Assembly: GCA_964106915.2 (NCBI GenBank)
Contig: OZ066914.1
Length of the DNA: 64,000 nucleotides
Direction: 5' to 3' (one strand)
DNA from: Podarcis gaigeae
Lineage: Eukaryota
In this document: positions 12,644-26,300 of the stretch, piece by piece
Layout: the number at the start of each line of letters is the position of its first letter
How positions within the stretch are numbered: position 1 is the stretch's first letter
Made by a program: the position numbers and the translations under genes
Notes under the pieces: generated by a model
The model's database searches: none
What the model was told of the DNA's origin: nothing
Seen by the model: only the letters and a program-made list of their open reading frames with translations

Positions 12644-14479
12644 GTAAATATATTTACTCGTTTAAGAACTGCAGCAAACTTCTAAATCCTGTTTGTGTTT
12701 GGATCATGCTAACAATAGTTACGTGGAACAATGTTTGTATTTGTACAAATCCTGTTTCTTGTCTATGCACACATTTTCTTTATAGTTCTTCCTGTATGTA
12801 AAATATCGCTGGGGCTGAATAAAGAAATGTTGGTTAAAGAAAAAAATCTTACAAGTTTTACTTGTTTAAATTGGCATACATTTGCACATGTATAAAGCTA
12901 TAGTCTGAAGAATAAGCATATTTTGTTATTAAATTATACAGTAGGCATCTTAAATGCATTTGTTATATAGGGAAAGAGTAATGTATCTTTAAAGGTTAAT
13001 TGGAGAACCTTTTAATCAAAAGGGTATTCGTTGATTGATCAAAGTACTTAAACCTTACATCATGCAGCCATAATTTTTTAAAAAAAAACTTCCAAGTGTC
13101 TTCCATGCTAGTCAGATTTTTTTTTAAAAAAAAAAGTTCATTATAGAAAGTTGCTAGCTAAGGCAAGAGTGTGATTTACACTTTTGGAACAGTGTTAAAA
13201 ATTATTGTTCTCTGTTTCTCACAGCAAGTCTCACCCTTTAGTGGATAACTAATTTTTTCATGCTGCTTAGTAGTGTTAAGCACTACTTTAGCAAATAGGA
13301 ATGGCTGTTTTAATGGTTCTCATAGATCTGTATTGTGTGTCTTTGAGTTGCTTCAACAGAGGAGGTAGCAGATTAAAGAAAGAAAAAGCATTGTGCTTTT
13401 TTAATCTGTTTAAGTGGATACGAAATAAGCGATCTTAAGACAGGCTAGAATATGAAAAGAGTAGGCAACTCTGATGGTAAGAGGCCTATGTCTTGTTATG
13501 ATGCTTGTACTGATCCATATTCTACACTGGTGCAACAGTATTCTTACCAGCAGCTCACAGTCATGGCTTTTATAGCTTTTGTCCCAAACTACCTCTTTCC
13601 ACCTTATGTTGGTGTTCGCAATCAACTGTATCAGGTAGCTCTTATTCCATTTCTTGCAGGAGTCACACACATATGGAATACACACAAGAATGCAATAAAT
13701 AATTTCTCTAGATCTAATGGGGATACTTTTGTTGCAAACTGACTGCTTACAAAGCAGATATTCAGTAGAAAAGTGTTTTTATCAGTTATCCAGGCTAATA
13801 ATAAAGGTAAAGGGACCCCTGACCATTAGGTCCAGTTGTGGCTGACTCTGGAGTTGCAGCGCTCATCTCGCTTTATTGGCCGAGGGAGCCGGCATACAGC
13901 TTCTGGGTCATGTGGCCAGCATGACTAAACCGCTTCTGGCGAACCAGAGCAGCACACGGAAACGCCGTTTACCTTCCCGCTGGAGTGGTACCTATTTATC
14001 TACTTGCATTTTGACGTGCTTTTGAACTGCTAGGTTGGCAGGAGCAGGGACCGAGCAACGGGAGCTCACCCCGTCACGGGGATTCGAACCGCCGACCTTC
14101 AGATCAACAAGTCCTAGGCTCTGTGGTTTAACCCACAGCGCCACCCACATCCCATAGGCTAATAATAGTACAGTCTTACTTCCCCCTAAATTCTATTTTC
14201 TTACACTTGTTTTGTAGGAGAGGTGGTTTTCTTTTGTATTTGCCTTCCCTACTCCATTAAAGTAGGACTGCATTTATAGAAGTAGAGCTGCATTTATAGA
14301 AATTAAACTCTTTTCAGTAAGTAGAATGCTTACTTTTTCATCTATGTTTAGTACACAGTTTCAGCTGGCTTGATGTTTGACCTTTGCAGTACTGCCTTTG
14401 CGGTACTGTTGGTGCGAGATAAGCATTCAGAAGTGGTAAAGTAAATGTTAATCTTCTGACTTGCGGCAAATGGTATTAA

Positions 14480-14515
<36 letters not shown>

Positions 14516-17500
14516 TACTATTATTATTAAAAAGAAGACTCTATTTCCACTAATGTCATTTATTTGTCATTGTGTTTATAAACCTCACTGGAACATTAAA
14601 TAGGTAAGTAAATGAGGAGACTGAAGATGCATTTTCCAGTGTCAGAATGGGTACCTCAAACTGAATATCACACACCCATACCTGAACAGAAATATAAGAG
14701 CATGGTTTTATAGAGTACCGAGAAGCTTTATATAGCAAGAAGATACCTGCTTTTTTGCTTTTTAAAAACAGCAGTGGAAGTCTTGCTGAATAGAAGAAAT
14801 TGGAAAGAAGTTAATGGGCATTTGTGAAGACCCCCAAATTGCAGAAAACATGGATTTGGTTTGGCTTTCTTTACTTTTTCAAAGAAATACAGTCTTGCAT
14901 AAAAGTCAATCTACAGTTTGTAGATGCTTTGCTGACCTCTTTGAGGGTTGGAACCTTGAACTTATTCTAAGAGTGGTGGACAAATCATACTACTAAATAG
15001 CTGTGTTTGTGGCATGGCATTGGGAGGATGGGACAATTTCCCCCGTCCCTCAGTGAGGATCACTTTTGGTTCTGTGGCTGCTGCTTGCAAATCTTTCTAT
15101 TTGATCTACAAACTACAGTGTAGAACTCTTAATTCTTGACGTTTTAAGCACATGAGGTGTTCAAGCTACCAGTTCTAAATGGCACTGTTCTGTAATAGAA
15201 TGGTAGCCATAACATGGAGACCTATCCTACTTGCATTTGAATAGACTTGAACATATGAACTTTGCTGAACTGGGTACTGATGAATTGAAATTATTCCACT
15301 AGTACCAACAATTGCTTAAAATTGCATATCTTCTCTCTGCCTCATTTTTATTGGCGTGGGATGGGGAAGAGTTGGGTTTTCTCAAGCTTATGAGATAGGT
15401 GTAAGAACTCAAATAATTTCTGTAACACTCTATGCAATTAGGAACTTGAGATTTCATTCCTATTAGAAATAGGGCCTTTAGAATAAATCAACTTTATTTA
15501 ATCTTGACACCTTTTTCCTTGCCTACTTGCATGAGGGAAATTGCCAAGCAAAGTATTTAGATCAAGCCTATATAATTAGTAACAATGCCATGGTGTTTGG
15601 GAATGTATAATAGTTTGTATACTGTAGTTCCTTGATGAAATATAACATCCCTTTTTCAGAATGAAGACTGCCCGGACATACAAAGTCATTTTGTATAACA
15701 CTGCAGCAGTCATGTTCCTGTGTATTAGCCCCATCCATAACAGCCTGTTAAAAATGAGGAGCTGGTTCTAGAGCCTTGTTTAAATAAATGACTTGTCAGT
15801 AGTCGGCATTATATTAGTTTTATCTATGATATAGTACATCATAACAAGTAGAATTAGACTGATCATCCAGAGAAGATTCTTCAGTATTATAAATTCTAGG
15901 ATTAATGGAAACCACAAAATCATTTGTTGTAAGGAAAGACTGTCTTAACCATGTCTCAAGACAGCACTTGGAAGGTTTGCTATTTATGGACTTGGGTGGA
16001 AGGGCGATAAAATGGCAAGATTTCATTGGCCTGAGGACAGTTGCTGTGCCTGGTGATATGAAGATCTTTTAAATCCTTCTCACAATCCTAGCTGCAATAA
16101 GGCCTGTTTAAAAATCACATGGCTGTGTTCTGAGTCATAGTTTTGTCCATAGACTTATATTTTGTCTGAATTATGTTGAGAGTGTATAGTATGTGTGAAA
16201 ATACTGGACTACTTAATCCAGCTGATACATGAAGATAAATACAACTACAAAGTGCTGGTTTAGTCCAGTATTCTAATCGGTGCTTTTCCCCTCCACTCTC
16301 CCTTTTAGTATCTGGGACATGTGGAAGTAGATGAATCAAGAGGAATGCATATATGTGAAGATGCTGTGAAGAGACTGAAAGCTGTATGTATACTTATTAA
16401 AATATTATTTTAAGTATGCAATTGTTTTCTATTTACAGAGGTTTTTGTAGGGGAATTTAAATAGCTGCCTTAAAGCAGAGCTTATGATTACAGAGGCATA
16501 CCAGTACAAATTGGAAGAAGAACTAAAACCGTTGCTCTGTCCTGATCAAAGTAGCTATTCTGTGTTCTTAAAACAGTTCAGAAAGACTTAGGCTTATTGC
16601 TGTGTTGTTTTTTTTAAGGAGACCACTCTCGGAAGTGTGCTATTTGTGCTTCAAACAAATGCCGCTATCTTTATATTAAGCCGGTTAGCTTTTTGGATAG
16701 TTATTCTCTGGTCTACATGGACTGGGGCTGCCATAGCATGTATGTGCTTAGAGGCCTTCACTTTACTGCTGTACTTAGGTGTCCAGATGGTTAACTGATA
16801 CTAGCTGTATAGAGTGTTTACTCTTCCTGATACCTGCTTCCACTCATGACTGAAGATGGGGGAGAACTGGAAAAACCTCTCTTGAATATTTGTAGTGATC
16901 AGATTCCTCACTAAGAAGAAAAACATGCCATATGAGATCTTCTAAATTAGGGGCAGGGAAACTCCGGCCTAGGGGCCTATTTATACTCCAGCCAAGCCAT
17001 GTCCACCTGCCCTACACCCGATGCATACACCATCAGAAGTGGAGCAGGTAAAGGGGGGTAGTTGGGTGAAAGGGACTTTTCAGGCACCCCCAAACACTGT
17101 GCTTTCTAATCCCTGATTAATAGCTGATTGCCATGGCTTAGAAAGCCTTTTGCATGCTTTGCAAAGGCAAAAAGGATCACCTGGTATCATTGTGACATCA
17201 AGTGATTGACAGGAGATTGGGTCCGCCTACCTGAACCTGGCTTGGCAGGGTTCCGGCCCACTAGCTAAATTCTGTTCTGCATCCCTGTTTTAAATGGATT
17301 AGCTGACTTTTGACACCCACTGATTACATTTTTTTAGTTGCTTTTGTGTTCTTCATTGACTGCATCAATAAATCTTAAGCCTACTACAAAATACTAAAAG
17401 GATTTTTAAAAGGTCCCCTTGCAGGTGAACATAGTGACTTCAGACTCAAACCTGTTGTTTCCTTCTCTCAGTCACAACAAGAAGATGAAAAAATGGGCAT

Positions 17501-19350
17501 TGAGCTTTTGAACGAACTCCAGTGATCTGATTAGATGCCATCCTCAATTTCTCCTTGTTCTTAGTCTTGAACATTTTGGAAGATGTGAATGCTATACTCC
17601 ACAGAGCATTTCAGGGCAGGAAGAAGTCTCAGACTTGTTAGTATAAATGATGCTCTCCATATTTATTTATTTTTTTGGCGGGGGGGAGCAAGCACATTGT
17701 CAAATTAGTTAGATGAGTGTCTGGTACAACTAAATACAAAGTGATCGATAAAACTATCCCCCCCCCCCCCGATTTCTGAGCCCAAAGAGACAGATGTTTT
17801 AAAGTTGTGCATATAACACATTTGGCACATTGCACACTACATTTCTGAAATCAAAGAACATAACTTCAGTCTTTGAATTCCCTGTTCATGTTCATAACTT
17901 AAACAAAATGGTTGTGTACTATATCCAAGGAAGATCACTCTGAAATAACAGTCACTTGAAAACACCTATTACACACAGACGGCACACGGAAATCACAAGA
18001 CCATGGGCCTTCCTTGTGTGGCATTCAACACAAAAGACTTCTATTTTTACTGAAATCTTAAGCTCATACAGCTTTCACTTATAATATTGCTATAGAGATT
18101 AACTGATTCTGTCAGACCATTTGTCAATAAAGCCAATTGATATTGACTTTAGTGCTGCTTTTCTAAAATATTGATGTATTTCACTCCTCTCAAGCCACTT
18201 CTACTGATTACTGAGGAGCATTCTCATATTGAGACTTCAAATGTCAACCAAACATCCAACTGTAGAGATCATTCTTAAGTTGCTGCTTTTTGTTTCTGTT
18301 CATAAATGTGGATTTTCTTTGTTAGTTTATACCCAGGATTTTGTTTTGTCGACGGAACTTCCATTTTCACAGGGCAACCGTGTCTCTTCCAATACAGTAG
18401 AACAATTTCCTCTCAGAACAAGTCATAAGTCATTCAAGGGCAGTTGAATCTTGATGTATCTATCTGGGTGTAGCAATCTGATGTTGTCAAAACAGACTGA
18501 CTTGTGTGTGGTAAACTCTTAAATGGCCAAACCCGGTTTCTCCTTTTCTGTGCTCTTCAATGGCCGCAGTAAATTGTCTTCACTGGACGTGCTGCATGCC
18601 TCAGATTTGGATAATTATACCAAAAAGATTATGTGAGGAAGTGCTCCCCCAAAGATATAAAACGTTACTTTTTCTTTCTTTTTTTAGGACACACTGCCTT
18701 TTACTTTCAGTTACGGAGAAACACATATCCAAGCTCACTAGAGGAGGGGTGGGAATAATTAAGTTTATATACTTTGGTTGTCACGGTTGCTGGAACATGG
18801 AATAGTTTCATTAGTCTTATTCCTAACTCTATTTAGAATAGTATGAATTGACAGAATAAAATACCGATGTACAATTTTTACCACAATGCTTTTAAAATGT
18901 AGCTTTCCTCTTGACAAACAGCATTTTACCTGCTCATCAGTAAACTGTGTTGGAAGCTGCCTGTGTCTTGTCTCCATCCTCTTTCATTTAGTTAAAATTG
19001 TCTTCAGTGTTAGTGTCTTTAACAAGTGTTTTTTTGTTTTGTTTGCAAATATGATACATTTGTTAATGTATTTTCTTGTTTTAGCAGGTAAACGAAACTT
19101 AATAGTGTTTGAAAATACTAGCGTATCTGAATATTAACTTCCATAGCTACCCTAAAATCCATTTTGCATGCTCTCTATCATTAATACTTTTTCTAGAACA
19201 TCTAAATTTTTCCAAGTTAACACCTTTTGAAAATTAAACCTAATTACAGTTTCTTAAGCAAGGTACCTTATGGACCTCCTGAACTCTGGCATATCTTCTG
19301 AAGGCTTATATTGATATTTAATGCTTAACTTGGCAGTGGTGGCATATATA

Positions 19351-19388
<38 letters not shown>

Positions 19389-20291
19389 AGATTGATTATA
19401 CATTTTCAAACTGGCAACTTAAAAAAAGGGAAAAAGGAATTCCATAACAAATCTTAAAGTATGTACTCCTATAGCATTTTTTTAACCTACTGCAGTTCTA
19501 TTTTTCTTACTGAGATTTTTTTTGTAATAAGCTATCTTGAAGTCAGTTTTAATCATTTAAGGCAACAATATTAAGTTAGATATTTCACCACCCAGTGCCA
19601 TGTGTTGAAATAGCTGATAGATGGCAGAGAAGGGGCATAATGTCTGTAAAGCCTGCTGTTACTTTTAGAGCCTTAAGTATCAAAGATGACCACAGATGTG
19701 GCCTTGTATCTCTTATACATATGAAGAATCTGCTGCCGCCATGTAGGAAAACATTCAAGATCAGCAGTTCACCATGCAGATTGACTAACTTTCTCCAAAC
19801 CGCCATAAACATTTTGTACTGGAGGCTGTGAAGCTTGTGAAGCAAGCCAAAGCCCATAAATGGCTTGCTTCATGGCAGTCATCACAGGAGTAATTTAAAG
19901 CACTATTAATCCCATCCCTTAATTTTCAGTGAAGATTGTCAGGAAATATATATCTGGGCTTTTGTTTGTCTCTGAAATGGATAAATAATTTTAACATTGC
20001 CTGTGAAATATATCTTAAAGCTGCTGCATTTGATTGCCATCAAAATGTGTAATACTCCCACTTCGCTGATTGTGCTTGTCAAATCTACCACGTTTGCTAT
20101 ATGTATACTGCAAGATGTGTATGAAGTGTTCCTGTTCAGTATACACATTGTTTATTTGGAAAGCTTCATAAACTGCTTAATCACAAAACTCTAAGCACTA
20201 TATACATATAATAACAGTGAAGAGAGAACTCTTAGGTGATGCAGATAGTTTACTTGTAAGTTTCTGAATGGTTTGTGTGTGTGGGGGGGGG

Positions 20292-20329
<38 letters not shown>

Positions 20330-23300
20330 AGTAAGAAGCCAAAATCTAATATGGAGCTTCTACAGTGAAAGAATCCACATTCTAAAACAAAAGAAACTGT
20401 GGCATAAATATCCCCTACACTTTCTACTAAATCTGCTTTACAAAATACTGTTGGAAAATCATGATGGAGGGTATATGAGCTTAAACACAAACACACAAAC
20501 ACCTTTTCTAAGCAGGCTTTTGATAAGGACTGGAAATATGCTCCCCAAATTATTTTCCTTTTGCTGTCATGCTATTTGAGCTCTGTTAATTAACTCGAGC
20601 TTTTCAAAATTTATCTAATGTGCTAATTTCAAGTCATCATCATCCAATTTGGAACATCTCCGTGTCTGCTGCCAAGTTTGGCTTGTAACCTACTAAAAGC
20701 TAAAGGGACAAACAAAATGAAGTCTACAACATTGTGCATGAAATTGGGTCTGATTTTTCCTTTCCTTTCCACCAATTTCAGAGCTATGGCCTGTCCTAAT
20801 AAAAGCCCATGTAATGCTTTCTGTGTGCATTTTCATGGGACTTTCCATATCTGCCTGTCACATCCTCTATGGATAACCTTAAACATTCCCTACTTTCCTT
20901 CCAATCCCCATTTTTTTGTATGTATGTGTTGGTTTAAAACCCTGGGACACTTTAGCTACCTACAGTAATAGCATTCGACTTGTCCCCCCTGTTCCTCCAG
21001 GAAAGGAAGTTCTTCAAAGGCTTCTTTGGAAAAGTAAGTTTAATGCCTTGTTGTGTTTGTGCTGTAAGGAGTTACATCCCCAGTATAACATTGCTTTGTG
21101 TCAGGAGCCCTGTTCAGACATAGTGTCTGAACAGGAAATAGCAATTGGTGTTGAGTGCATAGGGCTGCACATGCTGGCACTAGCGCAAACAGCCCTTCCC
21201 TGCCTTCTCAGTCCCAGGCATTCCTGTGTTGAGCAGAGAAGGTCTAAAGGGAGCTTCTACCTGTCTTAATCTGAATGTGAATGGAACCTTTCAACAATCA
21301 CACAACCTGGTTAATGTACTCATTGACACTTCTATTTGCATTTAAGCAAACATGGATAGGAGTCCCCTTTAAGGGAGGGGGCAGGATTAAAAACTCATAC
21401 ATTGTCTAATAATGAAACATATGTTGTAGATAGCTTTCCACATTTACTACTCTATTTTTGTGATATGCAAATAACATGAGAAAACGTGGTAAACTTATTT
21501 GTATAACATTCTTGTTTATAAAACCCAACAACAACTGCAACAACAACAGCGGGGTTTTGGGGGGGATGGGGGGACAGAATGAGCTCAAACCATGAGAGAG
21601 AGAGTGTTTTTAATCTAAATTTTAAATAATTAAATGTGCATTTATTTTGCTAGAAATTTGCTGTAATTTTAAAAACATTGGCATTTAAAATTGAACTAAA
21701 AACAGAGAGAACAAAAAATATTTTCTTTACAAAATCCCACTGAGTGTAAATCTCTGGAACATGCTGGCATTGTCTCCTGTCTCTGGTTGAAAGAGAGTGG
21801 ACAACAGCAGGCAGAGGATCATAAAAGGCTGTACCACACCCATTCAGAGCTGTGTTTCTCTGTACATTAACTGTCTGTGTTGCCATACTTATTTGTGTGT
21901 CATCTCCTATACGATTATGCCAGGACACAATTCTTTCAATCTGCATTGAGAAATTGGTGAGAAAGTTGCAGTTGCTGCCAGACATTTTTGCAGCATGCCA
22001 GAAGTTAAGGGCAACAGCTGGGAAAGCCTCACATGTCAGGCAAGGAGCAAGGTACCTCATGAATTACTTGCCACTGTTCACACACTTTCTTCCTTGCTTA
22101 GTTTTAAAGGTCATAACAGACCTATGGGAAAGGGTTATTCCCCCTCTTCCAACTTATTTGCTTCTATATCCCCCACCTCACCCCAGAATGTGGAATAAGG
22201 TGGAGGGATTGTAAATGGACAAGGACCTGGAATAAAGACTAGGAATAAATTTCCCATGAAACTCACAAATAGTGGGTTTAGATAGTGGGCCAGTCACTAT
22301 CTCAACCTAACCTGCCTCACAAGATTGTTGTTAGGATAACTTTGGGAAATGGAGAGAGTTGTTAAAGATTAACACATTTATTATGGCATAGACCTTTTTG
22401 GGCTGGAGTCCACATCACTAGAAGCTTTACTCTTGGTAATCCATTAAGCTTACACAATAATACTGTTATATCCTTGAAACCAGTTTCTCTTGTCATAGCT
22501 GCTTAGGTAGTAAACTATAGACAACACACACTTCTTGTCCAACTAAAAAGGATCTTTAAAAGGTTTGCTAGAGTCATTAACTGGTTTCATCACTTCTAAT
22601 CACTACCTAGAATCCTAACATGCAGATAGAAAACCACAGGCTTGGAGACCTAAAATATCATCTAAGCCAACCCTGTAATCCTCTAACAATACATTTTCCG
22701 TAGTCTTGAATGTGCTACTGGGCTATTTATTTTTTCATTTTCTGCTGTGAGCGCTGACCAGTTGGCTACCTCCTTTGAAAATATACCACAGCACTTAATG
22801 AGTTCATGGCAGTGTTGAATCTCAAAGTGAGAATCCCTAGCTCCGTATTTTAGTCACTGTATCAATCTAGGCCGCCCAATTGTTCAGTCTGTGTTCTCTG
22901 CGTGTCTCAAGTGAAGAAAGAAGTAGTGGCTCCGGTAGGCCACTGCTAAATCATCGAAGAAAAATTTATAATACTATCATGTACTTTTGGCAAAAACTCA
23001 TTTTTAAAACTACGAATCAATAGCTACATCTTACTTCAACTATTAAACATATGCTTCTGTTAAGGCATCCAGGTGAGACAGGTACACATCTAGTATGACA
23101 CTTCAAATTGTCTTAATGCCAGCACTACCACCCCTGCCCTGAAACTAAGCGTATCCTTCTGTGAACTCAAGAATTGTAGGTGTGTAATGAATCTGAACAG
23201 CCGGCCCATTCCTGTTCATCCCAGCAAACACTTTGTACTGAAATACCAAATAAACAGTATTTAAAATCATAAATGTTGCTTGGATTATAATACCACACAT

Positions 23301-26300
23301 GGAGAACATGACCAGCTAAACTGCATCACATCAAAATATGACTTCAGTAATCTTAGCACTTGTTATTTAGTGTAACGTCTCCAAGACTCTTCCAAACAAT
23401 CAATAGGGTAGCTGTGAGGAACTTTATTAGCCCTAGGCCAGTATCAGTAGTGAGATCTTCTCTGTTGATAAGGGGAAATGGAAAAAGGAATAGTGATATG
23501 TATGCTTCCTTCTAAAATGTCAGAGGGGTTTTGCAACCCACTCCTAGATAGTGGGATTGCCGCATCTCCAAAGAAGGGAACAGGCTTCAGGCAATAGGCC
23601 TGGGACATTTGAGAATGGGAATTGTAACAGGAATTTTGTTGGGGCTTGAAGTATTTGCCATCTTGCTTAGCCTATAAAAGATCCCATAAGTCACTCACAT
23701 ATTTATAGCCTAACTGTTAGAGCTGAGTCCAATCAGGATGTCTTACAAAGCATAAAAACACAATTGTTGGCATCCATCCGTCTGGAGAGATGATGGAGTG
23801 CACTTCTGGGAGTGAAGTCAAACTGCTGTGTTAGCAGCACCCAAGTGCACCCTTGGGCGCAAGCCTGGGCAGTGTGTATGGAGGTCCTGGACTGCCCAGA
23901 CCACAAGACCCCCCTCTCAGCCTTGCTGATGTGGTCCAAAGGAAAGCAGAGCAACATGTTTGGCACCAGCTTCAGTGCAGGAGTTGCCAGAGGGAGGCAT
24001 AGAAGGCACTATCCAAGTGTCCTAGGGTTTACTCTTTAGCCTTATCTTCTCCTGAAGATATCCTGCAGGCAGTGGAGGTCTAGGATCAGTGTTTCCCTTC
24101 TGCTAGATGGGCTACCTTTCCAGGTTGATAAGCCCCACCTGCCCCTCAACTCCCTCTATACTATGTGCAGAAACGGCCTTCTTAACAGTTGGACCACTCT
24201 TAGTTTTGTCTGCTCAGTCCTCCAGAGCCTTTCATCACGTGCAAGGGAAGTCCCTAACTCATGAAGGCTCTGAGACCCTTCAGCTACCCCCCCCCCCCAG
24301 TTTAGCTGACCAGTCAAAGCCAGCGAATGCATACAGTACACACGAACACATTATGGGTCATTTGAAAGTTGCATAGAATAATAAGAGTTGGAAGGGATCC
24401 TGAGGGTCATAGTGTCTAACCTCCTGCAATGCGGGAATCTTTTTTTCTGAATTGTTTTTATTAATTTTCCAAATTATTACAAATCAAACCAAATTAAATT
24501 AAATTGGAATATTTTTGCCCAGTATGGAAGAGCCCATGGAACAGATTTAGGGGGTATATGGTGGGGGGACGGGACAAAAGTTCCGTTTCGCAAGGAGAAA
24601 TGGAACTACTTCCTTAATCCTATGCTGACTACGATCCTGTAAAGTACTTCCACATGTGATGGTAGTGCTACCGCACGAGATACGGGACAGAACATTGGGC
24701 TGATGGGAAGACAGACTTAGAATGCTTGTTGCTAAAACTGGCAGCAAAAAGGCTACTTGTGGTGTAACTCCTTAAGCGTCAGTGTTAACTGACAGTTTAT
24801 TTGGTGTTTAAACAGGTAAAGAATTTAAGCTTGAATTCTTTGCCTTTATTTGAATGTATTAACATACTTGACTCATCCTGTTCTATTCTTTCCCCCCTTC
24901 CTTTTGCATTGTGTTCTTGAAAGGCTGGCTTCAGCTTGATTCTCTGGAGGTTTTGTTGTTTGGTCTGAATATCTGGCTTTGGGCACTCCTACTGAAGTTG
25001 GATATCATCTGCACACTGACTTTTGTGCTTCTTGGAAAGAGGAAGTCTGCATTCAGCCTTATTGACAGCACAGCAGTAATACTGTGTTTCTTTTTTTTTT
25101 CTTCCCTGCAAGAGCGGAAAGAAGGCAGTTAAAGCCGTCCTGTGGGTTTCAGCGGATGGACTCAGAGTTGTTGATGAGAAAACAAAGGTTAGACACGGCT
25201 GGGTTTGGAGCCATCATAAGCTGTACAGATAATCACTGTAGTTCTCACTGCTTCTTCTATTGCAGGGGTTTAATAACTTCATACATGCCTAGTTCAGCGA
25301 ATGCAATATGCTAATTACATATGGCTCAAATTTTATTTGGCTTTTTCTGCCTTTGTGAACTTAGGCCCTTTGAATTCTTGTTTTGCTTTGTTTGCTTGAA
25401 AAGTGTTTTTTTGTCATAGCAATAAATAGGGAGAAGGCAACAGTTTCATCCTGTTCTTTCTGTCCCTGCAGAAAAGCTGAAAGAGATTAAACTGCATACA
25501 GATATGTGATTGATCTGAATTTCATTCTTGCTGCATCCTAAGATTTTGAAAATCTGTGTGAGAATTGTTGTTTTTGTTTGTTTTTACATTGGTTATGGCG
25601 TGTATTTTTGTGTTTTTATATTGTAAACTGCCCTGCGATCCTTGGATGAAGGGCAATATTAAAAAAATAAGTAAAATAAAATATTGCAGTGAGAAATGAA
25701 TAAAATATGTGAGGAAGGTATTATTTGAAGGCTCTAGAAGCCAGTGCAATTCAAATTAATTCTCAATCAAGGTTTTCAATCTTTAAAATATCTCTAAGGC
25801 ATTACTGAAGGGAGAGCATTAAAATTAATGATTTGTATATCGCTTTATATGCTAATTCGTATCCCGAAGGTGCATATTTTAAAAACTGCATATGGCTTTT
25901 TAGTTGAATACCCAAATGTGTCCAATCCTATTTTTAGTTTTAAATGATGTTTGTGTGATATTTGTGCCATCCTATTTTATTGCAGGAGGGTTACAGTTAT
26001 TCTTTTAAAATTGGCAGCCCAACTTGTCCCTTTCCCCAGTAAGCACACAGAGATCAGAGGGAGTCTTGCCAGTGACTTCAGTAGGCTGGGGGTTCACCTA
26101 TGTTCTTTGCTCTCTGCTCCTCTCTTTTTAAAAAAGTAGTAATAGATGGAGGTATCTGCAGAGGGGAATAACGCCAACCAAGGACAGGTTTGCATCCGCT
26201 GCAGCTGCCATTTAATGTCAAATATAAGGAGGTTCTGTGATGGATCATACCCTGTAGTGGCACTGTTTGGGATGCTACAGATGATACAACTCTGTCTCTC

